Virus record (IMG/VR): IMGVR_UViG_3300032030_000005
Coordinates: 32,001 to 96,000 of that record
Reading direction: 5' to 3' (one strand)
DNA length: 64,000 nt
Origin: a virus
Lineage: Duplodnaviria > Caudoviricetes
The notes under the pieces were generated by a model. That model was given only the letters and a program-made list of their open reading frames with translations. It made no database searches and was not told the DNA's origin. How positions within the stretch are numbered: position 1 is the stretch's first letter; each line of letters begins with the position of its first letter. Position numbers and translations under genes: made by a program. Shown here in pieces: positions 19,497-28,900 of this stretch.

Positions 19497-20042
19497 TTAA
19501 TCTTTATACCAGTTGGCGAGTCTATGCTTATCTGTGCCAAAGTTATCTTTACCCTGATTGATAAAGACTTCTTCAACTTCTCCGGTCTTATAATTAAGCA
19601 TTTCACATTTCTGCTGATAGTTATATTCTACAATAGCATTTGTCTGATCTGCTGCAAAGTATACTTTTTCACCATTAGTTCTATCTACGATACCAACAAT
19701 ATTTTCACTAACTGCTTCAGCATTATTTAAATCATAACGTTCACAGTCATATACCTGAACTGTTGATGTATAAATATCAGATATACTACACCAATCCATT
19801 CTCCATTTTACTTCATCATAGATTCTAAGTAAATCATTCTTCTTATACTGAGGCTTAGTCGGATCTTTAATATATTCGATCAAATCATCTCTATCTAATA
19901 AATCATTACCTGATTCTACTAATGGCTTATGCTTCTGAACTAATAATAATTCATAAGGCTTATACTTATCAAAATAATTAAATACGTTCTTATCGATCTT
20001 AGGGCTATTAGTTATAATACTTATAATTTCAGCTGCTGTCAT
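19497..20042 (-). CDS. Hypothetical protein
   Basis: GAAAGGA SD before ATG 20042 removes the overlap with 20098+. Late-type promoter at 20068-20079. Confidence 0.6.
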   Translation of the reverse strand: MTAAEIISIITNSPKIDKNVFNYFDKYKPYELLLVQKHKPLVESGNDLLDRDDLIEYIKDPTKPQYKKNDLLRIYDEVKWRMDWCSISDIYTSTVQVYDCERYDLNNAEAVSENIVGIVDRTNGEKVYFAADQTNAIVEYNYQQKCEMLNYKTGEVEEVFINQGKDNFGTDKHRLANWYKD

Positions 20043-20097
20043 AATATCATTCCTTTCTATAGAAATATAACCATTTGTTAAAAGGAGGCAAACTAAT

Positions 20098-20565
20098 ATG
20101 AATATAGAAATTTTAAAATTCAAAATAACTGATTATAAAGATAAAGTTATCCCAAAAAAATTATTTAGAAAAGAAAAAATAGTTAAAGAAGAAATATCAT
20201 ATGAAATTAAATTATCATATAATTTAGATGAAGATAGATTTTATTATGAGGATGAAAATAAATTAATCCCTACTAAAAAAGATTTATCAAGATCTATATT
20301 AATGTTATATGATATTTATAAGAGATATGAGAAGTTTGGTTATGCAGAAAATTTTATATTATCCAAAAATAATTTAGGAGTATTTCTTAAGAATTTCTTT
20401 ATATGTAATAATGATGAAAATGATAGTTATTTAAAAAGAATGATTTTTGGAACTCAGCCTATTAATATAATGCTTATTAATAGTGTTTTAGATGAATTAA
20501 ATATCAAAGATGTAGATTTTACTAATTACTATTATTATCAGTATCCTACTATAAAATTTAGATAA
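20098..20565 (+). CDS. Hypothetical protein
   Basis: AGGAGG SD; 155 aa. Confidence 0.65.
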   Translation: MNIEILKFKITDYKDKVIPKKLFRKEKIVKEEISYEIKLSYNLDEDRFYYEDENKLIPTKKDLSRSILMLYDIYKRYEKFGYAENFILSKNNLGVFLKNFFICNNDENDSYLKRMIFGTQPINIMLINSVLDELNIKDVDFTNYYYYQYPTIKFR

Positions 20566-20798
20566 AAAAAAATGCTAGACGTAATGTTACATGTAACATT
20601 ACGTCTAGCTCCCGTTAATAGACTCGATATATGCTATATGCACTATTAACCATACTAAGCCTTTCAGTAGTAAACTACCCTCGGAGATTAATAGAACATT
20701 ACATACTCTATCTATTCACAATTATAATATATATTTAAAATAATGAGTTAATACGGTTTATAATAAAAGTTATATACATTCCTACTATAAAATTTAGA
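20544..20798 (+). repeat. 19-bp direct repeat TCCTACTATAAAATTTAGA at 20544-20562 and 20780-20798
   Basis: Exact duplicate of the 3' end of the 20098 gene, flanking ncRNA unit C. Confidence 0.85.
20564..20719 (-). ncRNA. Candidate ncRNA C (~155 nt)
   Basis: Early-type promoter at 20724-20732 (-). gttaatag/ctattaac stem and long perfect terminator palindrome 20574-20609 plus U-run. Confidence 0.55.
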
Positions 20799-20804
20799 CA
20801 AAAC

Positions 20805-21057
20805 AAAAAAAAAATAAGTACAACAATGTACTTATTTTTTTTTTCTCTATTTCGCAAGAAACGTTGCTTCACAGCAAGGCTAGACAAGCAAGCATAGAGA
20901 GGCACTCTTGTTCTTTTTTCAATGGTCTACAAGGAAAAGACCCTGACATATTATGAACAACTGAATAAAATATTATTTATAAGTAAGTGTATACTATACA
21001 CTTACTTTCTGGAGGACTTTTGAAGAGAATATAAGGGGGATATATTCTCTTCATCAC
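20805..21057 (-). ncRNA. Candidate ncRNA E (~250 nt) with C-rich loop and CCUCC linker
   Basis: Early-type promoter at 21062-21070 (-). 5' hairpin tgaagagaatata-TCCCCCT-tatattctcttca, linker GTCCTCC, second hairpin, terminator aaataagtaca/tgtacttattt. Confidence 0.6.
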
Positions 21058-21136
21058 AATTATAATATATATTTGAAAATTACATTTAAAACAGAAATTA
21101 TATCCCTAAAGGTTATTAACCTTTAGGGATATAATT

Positions 21137-22291
21137 TTAAATAAATAAATCGTCACCTGGATTGCTTGTTGCATCATATTTAGGAACGACATCTTGTCTA
21201 TTATCAGGATTATAATTACTTTCAAGACTGTTTGAAGTACTCATATCTTCCTGTTTTAATGTAGTAATTGTTTGATGTTCTGTCTGTCTTACGTCATCAT
21301 CAAGAGCTTTTGCAAGTTTCTTAACTGTATCCGCAGCCTTAAGCTTTCTTTTAGCAACTGCCTGATCATGTTTACTATTAGAAAGAGCTACAGCATCTGC
21401 TTCCATAGTCATAGAAAGATATTTTAATGATTCTGCAATATCATTCTTCTTGAAGTAGAACCAGCAAATAAATACTCTAATTAAATAGATAGCTGCAACA
21501 ATGGCTGTACCAACTAATGCAATACCAGCTGTAGCAGCAAGAACCGGATGAGCACCAGCACCAGCTGTAACAATTTGACCTAAAGTACCAACAATTGAAG
21601 CTCCTTCTGGAACTGCTTCATTATAAACCATTTCATATTCTTCAACTTTTCTTTCAAAAGTTTCATTAAGAGTAAGTTTATTATTTCTACAAAGATCGTT
21701 AAACTTTTCAAGATTTTTAAATAAAATATTTTTCTTTAATGAGTTTGTCGGTGGATCTCTATAAATTAAAAGATTATCTTCAGTAATAGAAATACAATTA
21801 ATAAATACAATTGATGTTGCATCCATAACAGCTAATGATACTGTCTGATATAAAAGAATATTAACACTATCGTTTGTATCATAAGCTTTTTCAAAATACT
21901 TAATATTCTTTTCAAGATTATTCATAGCAGTTTCAACAATATGAAATGCTGTTACAGCTTCTACTGTATTTTTACCCTTAGCTTTTTCAAGCATAGGCTT
22001 TAAAACTGATAAACACTTCTTAGTAATCTTATAAGCCTTAGACTTAGTAATATTACCTCTTGTTTGTGGTAAATCTAAGAAAGCACCTTTCTTATTTAAT
22101 GCTTGAAGACGCTTTTCTGATTTCTTCATAGCTATAGAACCAACTTTATCAGCTAATCCTATTTTTTGTGCTTCAGTTAAACTATTTAAAAATTTATCTG
22201 ATACTACAAAAGAATTTGTATCTAAATAATTTTCTTTTAATACAGCTTCTAATGTAAATCTATCAGGAGTCATATTCATTATATAAGCCAT
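21137..22291 (-). CDS. Putative virion protein with transmembrane segment
   Basis: Hydrophobic stretch VLAATAGIALVGTAIVAAIYLIRVFICWFYF; late operon. Confidence 0.5.
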   Translation of the reverse strand: MAYIMNMTPDRFTLEAVLKENYLDTNSFVVSDKFLNSLTEAQKIGLADKVGSIAMKKSEKRLQALNKKGAFLDLPQTRGNITKSKAYKITKKCLSVLKPMLEKAKGKNTVEAVTAFHIVETAMNNLEKNIKYFEKAYDTNDSVNILLYQTVSLAVMDATSIVFINCISITEDNLLIYRDPPTNSLKKNILFKNLEKFNDLCRNNKLTLNETFERKVEEYEMVYNEAVPEGASIVGTLGQIVTAGAGAHPVLAATAGIALVGTAIVAAIYLIRVFICWFYFKKNDIAESLKYLSMTMEADAVALSNSKHDQAVAKRKLKAADTVKKLAKALDDDVRQTEHQTITTLKQEDMSTSNSLESNYNPDNRQDVVPKYDATSNPGDDLFI

Positions 22292-22309
22292 TTTTTACAC
22301 CCCTCTCTA

Positions 22310-23683
22310 TTATCTACCAAATAATGACTTAAGATCATCTAAGTTAAGAGGCTTCGGCTTCTTCTGTCTCTTAAATGCTTCAAGCTTTTTAACGATATAA
22401 TGACCAGATGGCTCATCATAAATATATACTGTATTTGTAGATTCATCAATATAACCAAAATTTAATAAATATAATTGATCTAATAAATTCTGAGCAAATT
22501 TAGGTAATGTTAAATCAACCTTATATGTATTAGCTATATAATCTACTTCATCTTTAGAAACCATTAATGTAGCAACCTTAATAGGAGCATCTAAAGAATG
22601 ATTTGATAATCTGGTTGCTTTATTCATAGCTCTAAGCTTCTTTAATTTAAACCACCAATAGTTAGATGATTTAGCGGCCTGAATACCAGTATTCTTCATG
22701 TTTGTAAAGTCAAATAAGAATTCAAATAAACCTTTAGCAAAATTATATTCACCAGTAGTCCATTTAATAAATCTGAAGAAACCAGTATTCTTATATGAGT
22801 TACCAATATTAAAGATGATATCTTCTGATTTAATAGGATGAGCTACACATTTAACACCAAAGATAACTTCTTTTTCATCAAGAGATGATCTAGACATGCC
22901 ATATGATGGATTCTTTTCATTTCTAGAACCAATATTAAAAATAGATTTACCATCAGTTCCTGGAATTGGAATACCTATACCTGCAGAAACTGAATTCTGC
23001 ACAGAGTTGGCTACAGAAATTCTAACTTTTAAAAACGTTGGCTGTAAATCATTAACCTTTTTAAACATATCTGGATCAAATACATTCTTATCAGAGAATG
23101 TAGCTGTTGATGAGCTAGAAGTTGTTTGCTTAACAGAATAACTAAAAGGTCCAATATCATTAGTTGATTCCCATGAATTATCTGTTTTATTAACAATTGT
23201 TCCGTTTGGAGTATCATCTTTGGCTTCTTTTAAGTATTTAGGTAAAGTAGTTTCATTTAAAGACCATTTACAGAATTTATCTTCAACTGGAATTAATGAA
23301 GATTGAAGAGCAGAATTAATAGATTCTTCAAATAATGCTGGTGTTCTCATAATTTGAGAATTTGGTCCACCTTCAATATTAGTATGTACAAGTTTTAATG
23401 CTGATAAAAGATCGCCAGTACCATTAGTTAATTTACCAAAATCATTTTGAAGTAAAAGTCTAAGCATAATAGTATTTTCAACTTCAAAACCATCAGCTAA
23501 TGCAGTTGCTGCATCAACCGAAATATTTTGACTTATTAATAATGGAAATTGTAATATATAATCTTTAGCTAACATTTTAAGAGATTGACCATTTGGCATT
23601 GTTTGTTTATAATCTCTAGATGTTGTTGCTCTCATTGTCATATAACGATCTAAGATATTATTAAAAGCTCCCATAAAATTCAT
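22310..23683 (-). CDS. Putative virion structural protein
   Basis: 457 aa; late-type promoter at 23703-23714. Confidence 0.5.
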   Translation of the reverse strand: MNFMGAFNNILDRYMTMRATTSRDYKQTMPNGQSLKMLAKDYILQFPLLISQNISVDAATALADGFEVENTIMLRLLLQNDFGKLTNGTGDLLSALKLVHTNIEGGPNSQIMRTPALFEESINSALQSSLIPVEDKFCKWSLNETTLPKYLKEAKDDTPNGTIVNKTDNSWESTNDIGPFSYSVKQTTSSSSTATFSDKNVFDPDMFKKVNDLQPTFLKVRISVANSVQNSVSAGIGIPIPGTDGKSIFNIGSRNEKNPSYGMSRSSLDEKEVIFGVKCVAHPIKSEDIIFNIGNSYKNTGFFRFIKWTTGEYNFAKGLFEFLFDFTNMKNTGIQAAKSSNYWWFKLKKLRAMNKATRLSNHSLDAPIKVATLMVSKDEVDYIANTYKVDLTLPKFAQNLLDQLYLLNFGYIDESTNTVYIYDEPSGHYIVKKLEAFKRQKKPKPLNLDDLKSLFGR

Positions 23684-23732
23684 TCCTTTCTATTAAAAAA
23701 TATAAATGGTTGTTAATAGTGTATTATTAATG

Positions 23733-24088
23733 AAAAAAAAAATAATTAACCCTATAAAGGGAGGCTAAGTAGTATTGCATACTTAGCCTAAACAAAAATT
23801 AATATCAGAGGCCCACAACAATACTTAAATTGTTTACAGTTTATTTTTAATTGAAAAAGTTTTAATTAAATACCTAATAAAATTCCAATGATGAGCTTAT
23901 AAATTAAACTAGCCATGTTATAAAACCTCTCAATTAAATAAATTGAGATTAATATTAGTGAGAGAGCATTGGTTTACTTCTGTAATATATTGTATCTGTA
24001 GGAACAAACTATCTTAAAAGATATCAAACATATCTCCTACTGGGCTTGACGACTAGTGAAGCATGGTTCATCACCCACTAATCTCTAC
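23733..24088 (-). ncRNA. Candidate structured RNA D (~355 nt) containing a 16-codon hydrophobic ORF
   Basis: Early-type promoter at 24093-24101 (-). 5' attagtg/cactaat closing stem, 3' aggctaagta/tacttagcct hairpin and U-run. ORF 23866-23916 encodes MASLIYKLIIGILLGI after GAGAGG. Confidence 0.5.
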
Positions 24089-24168
24089 TATAATAATATA
24101 TATTTAAAGATTTTTATGTAAAACAACAACCTAATATTAAATTTATATATAGAAGAAGGTGATTTAAT

Positions 24169-25920
24169 ATGAGAAATGCTGCTGATATTTTAAAAGAACG
24201 TTATATTGATGAAGTTAATATATATGATAATTTTAATCCATATAGAATTAAAGAAAATGTAGAGCCTTTTATGGGAGGATTACCTATAATATTTATGACT
24301 ACACCTTCAATGTCAATTATTGATGGAGATGCTGTATACGAAAATTTAGCATTGGTAAATCCTTTATTTACATTATTAGAAACAACTGATTTTAATTTAT
24401 TAAAAGGACTTCAATATGGTGAAGGTGGTACTAATTCACCTTTTATTAAAATATTAACAAATAGATTTAAAGGTATAACTCTTAAAGACTTTGTTATGAG
24501 CACAACAGACGAGCATGAAACATATTATGGTTGGAAACAAATTCTTCCGGGATCAACAGTTGAAAACTTTACGGCTGAAGGATCTTTGATAGTAACATTT
24601 TCTGAAACTAAAAACTTAGATATTACTAAATATAATTATGCTTGGATGAATTATATAGAAGCTGTTAGATATGGTACTTATGAACCAAAAGCTTCAACAA
24701 GAAGTACCAGAACTTTAGATTTTACATCTTCATTATATTTCTTCTTATTAGACTTTGATATGAGAACGATATTATATTTCTGCAAATATACTGGTGTATA
24801 TCCAACAAATGTTCCATTAGGAAGTACTATTATTAGTGATAATATATCTACAACTAAAAATATGATTGATTCTCCTATTACATTTGCATATCAATATAAA
24901 GAAGAAATGAATCCACAAATATTATATGATTTTAATATAGTATCTGAAGATCCAGGTAGTTTATTTAAAAATCTTAAACATGGTGAAGATGGTACTCCAA
25001 GTTTATATGGTGGTTTTAAACAATATAATCCTACTGATTATATGATAACTAGTACACTTAATATAGAAGATAAAAAAGATAATAGTTCGACAAATGCTCT
25101 TTTAGATGATGGTAGAGATTATTTATATGTAAAGAATTATAACACACCTGTAATAAGAATGGCTAATGAAGAAAGTTATGATTCTAATAGTCAGACTAGC
25201 TTTAATAGTGCAGAAACTAATAAAACTACATTTGTAATGGAATTCTTAAATACTAATGAAAAAGCTACTGCTGCAAGTATCTTTAATGATGGTACATCTA
25301 GTAATGGTGCTGCATATAAGTCTTCAGCTCTTAGTGAATTAAAGAATAAAATTCGTGGAGAAGCTTTAGCATTATTAGCATCTACAGTAGGTAAATCATT
25401 CTCCAGTGTTGATGATTTAAATACTCATAGAGAAATTTATGAATTATGGTTAGAAAATGTTAATGGTGGAGATATTAAAGATGCTAAAGATGTTGATTGG
25501 AGTGATAATCCAGTTTATGCATCTGAAGAAGCTTATGAATATGCTAAAGAATGTTGGAAACAACAAGTAGAACGAGAAGGTTTGCAAGAAGGTACAGTAG
25601 AATATGAAGAAAGATATGCTGAATTAGAAAAAGACTATTGGAATATTAATTCTGGTGGTCTTCAATATGAATTAGGTGAAGATGGTGAAAAATTATCAGC
25701 TGGATATGAAGATGGTGACTTTGAACAATGGATGCAAGAATATAGTAAATACGAAAATCCAGAAAAATATCAGGAATTAGTTACATTAGTTAATAAAGCT
25801 AAAGAAAAAACTAATGAAGAATATCAGGCTAGTGTTGATAGATCTAAATACGATACATATGCCAATCAATCAGCTGAAGAATTTGCTAATTTATATGGTG
25901 AATTCTATGGAGTAATTTAA
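24169..25920 (+). CDS. Tail tube-fold baseplate protein (gp48/gp54-like) with acidic C-terminal extension
   Basis: LIVTFSET...AWMNYI...YTGVYPTNVP...ITFAY pattern of tube-like proteins. Late-type promoter at 24125-24136. Confidence 0.6.
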   Translation: MRNAADILKERYIDEVNIYDNFNPYRIKENVEPFMGGLPIIFMTTPSMSIIDGDAVYENLALVNPLFTLLETTDFNLLKGLQYGEGGTNSPFIKILTNRFKGITLKDFVMSTTDEHETYYGWKQILPGSTVENFTAEGSLIVTFSETKNLDITKYNYAWMNYIEAVRYGTYEPKASTRSTRTLDFTSSLYFFLLDFDMRTILYFCKYTGVYPTNVPLGSTIISDNISTTKNMIDSPITFAYQYKEEMNPQILYDFNIVSEDPGSLFKNLKHGEDGTPSLYGGFKQYNPTDYMITSTLNIEDKKDNSSTNALLDDGRDYLYVKNYNTPVIRMANEESYDSNSQTSFNSAETNKTTFVMEFLNTNEKATAASIFNDGTSSNGAAYKSSALSELKNKIRGEALALLASTVGKSFSSVDDLNTHREIYELWLENVNGGDIKDAKDVDWSDNPVYASEEAYEYAKECWKQQVEREGLQEGTVEYEERYAELEKDYWNINSGGLQYELGEDGEKLSAGYEDGDFEQWMQEYSKYENPEKYQELVTLVNKAKEKTNEEYQASVDRSKYDTYANQSAEEFANLYGEFYGVI

Positions 25921-25937
25921 ATAAAGAAGGTGAAAAT

Positions 25938-28900
25938 ATGGCAATAGATATTACTAATAAAATAACATCAACTGATTATGCAGATAATACAGTTGATACA
26001 TCTGATAAATCTATTATAAATATTAATTCAACAAGTTATAATGTATTTAATAATTGGATGGACTTTGTTAAGAAGTATTTTGGTTTAGATGAAACAGACT
26101 CTCCATATATAAGTACTTTAAAGTCTTCATTCTTTGGTTATTTTAATGAAATAGCTTCTAGTGAAATTAAGAATGCCGTTTATCATAAGAATTTCTTATA
26201 TGATGAGCACTTTTTAAATACGGCTATTTTACCAGAAAGTATTTATAATTTTGCGAAGCAATTTAATGTACCAATAGATACTGCCACTCCAGCAACAATG
26301 TATTTAAAAATAGGTGTTGCCGAAAGTAGTTTAACGTCTAGTACTTTATTAAAAGAAGTTTCTATTGATAAAGAATCTACTAATAAAAATGATAATGTCC
26401 TTAAGATATATAATTTAACATTTACTAGAGATAACACTTTATTTACAGTAAGTAATTATAACTTTTTATTACCATATCCAATAGTATTAACTATTCAGGA
26501 AATAAGTGGTGTTACACCAGATGATAAATCTTATAGCTATGCAGTTAATTATGATACTACTGCTGAAAGATTTCCTTTTACAGAAGCCATGGGCACATTA
26601 CCATTTTTAAAAGTATGGAAAGAAAATGTTGATGATGTAGATTATGTATTTATAGCCTTTCAGGTATATCAGTTTGAAAAAAGAACTACTGAAGTATTAG
26701 TCACTTCAACACAAGATAACCCTGATACTATTTATCATAACGTTAAATTTGATAATCAATTAGCATTCTTTGATGCTAAATATGAATTTAATGGAAAGAT
26801 TACTGATTTAAATCTTTACTTTAATAATATATATGTGCCTAGTGAAGAAGAATATTTTGCATATTATACATATTTAAATGATAACTGCTTACAGATATCT
26901 TTTTCATCAAACGATATTACAGGTTTTAGACCGACACAGGGTTCTACCTTATATTTTAGGACTTATACTACATTAGGCGAGGAAGGTAACTTTGATTACT
27001 CTGGTGGAGTGTCTATGAAGTTTACTAATAACACTTCATATGGTTATCTTGATTTCTCTTGTGAAACATTTGTTGATGGTTCTAGTGGTGGTAAAAATCG
27101 CTTAGACACTTACGGTCAAAAGATTAAAATCTTAGAAAAGATTACTACTAGAAATAATGTAATTACTGATAATGATTTAATAAGATTCTTTGATTCTGTT
27201 AATGAGTCTTTAAATATTAATGGTAGTACTATTAAATTCTTAAAGAAACAGGATGATGTAATTAAACGTATTTATTGTAATTTCTTATTATTAAGAGATG
27301 AAAATAAACGTGTAATACCAACTAATACAGCTCCACATATTAAAGTAAAAGCTCAAGATTTATTAGTTGATAAGAATAAATACGTTATTAAAGAGCATTC
27401 TATCGTTAAATGTAATTATGTAAGAGATATTGCTAATTATAATCCATTAACCATGGATCCAGAATTAGTAGTGGAAAACTTTAATGACTATTTTGATACT
27501 ACAAATAATTTAAGATATTCTCAAGACTATATCGAGTATTTCTTAGACAATGAATATTTCCAGAACATCTTAAATGAAAAGACTGAGTCTTATGAAATAG
27601 CCTTAGATACTTTAGATAGTATTTATGATATTATGAAATTCTTTGAAGTAGAAAATGATGAATTAGTTTATACTATTCCATTTATGATTTCTATTGAAAA
27701 AGATCCTTTCCTTAAAGCTACTTATTATAATATGGATGTAAATACTAATGCTCAAATTAACTATAAATATTTAAATAGTAAAGTTGGTGCTTCATTCAAT
27801 ATTAGTACTTTAAGTATTGAAAAAGATGTTAATCCTACAGCCACTAATAAATATACTTTAGATTCTAATGTATATAAATTATCATTTAATTTAAATACTA
27901 ATGTAAGTTATTCTGAACTAAAAGAAAAAGTTGTTGTTAAATGTTTAATGACTGATATGAAAGATTCTAAAGTATATGGTCATTTCTTCTTTAAACTTAG
28001 AGATGTAGATATTGATGAAAATAATGTAGTAAGTTATTCTTATAAATATGAAGCTGAATTAGCTACAGATTATACTTTTGATAATGGTATGCTTAATATG
28101 TATAACTGTTTATACAGAAATATAGCATCTATTAATGGTTATAAGAGTCAATTATTTAAAACAGTTCCTATTGATGAAGATATCTGTTTCCAGATTGGTA
28201 TACTTTATTATGATAAAAGTTTAGCTGAGACACAGAATAAAGAAGAAAAGGCTGACTGGTTCTATCCTTTCCCTGATGGTTTTATTCAAAATATTGAAGA
28301 CGCTGTAAGAGTTATAGATGATAGAACTGGTGGTAAAGAATTTACTTCTTGTGAAGATTTAACAGATCAGTCCGAATTTTACACAAATACTAACGATGTT
28401 ACCTTATGGAAAGGTTATAGAAATATAGATTCTATACTTTTCTTACCGGTTGAATTAGATTCTTCAAACTCAACAGGTTCTAATAATAATTATCAATATT
28501 ATCAAGATAAACCATTTGATTGGAATATAGAAATTGATGATAAACATCCATATACGCATTCATTTGGTTGTCTGGCATATTTTTTAAATGAGCATAAATT
28601 ATCAGATTGTAAACTTACTATAAAAATAAAAGATACATTCCCGGTAAATAATCCAGATGCTGATACTAATCATTTAAGTTTAAATGGTTATGCTAAAATT
28701 GTAATACCAAATCTTAAAATTGATACAACAGTAATTAATATAGAAATTGGTCATAAAATTAAATATGATGAAGCATTACCTAACTTTGGTAATGAAGATG
28801 AGAATATTTCTATTACTAAATCATATGATAAAGATGGTAATAAATTTATAACTATTACAATTGAGAGTATTATAAAGATTATAAATGATATCAATACAAG

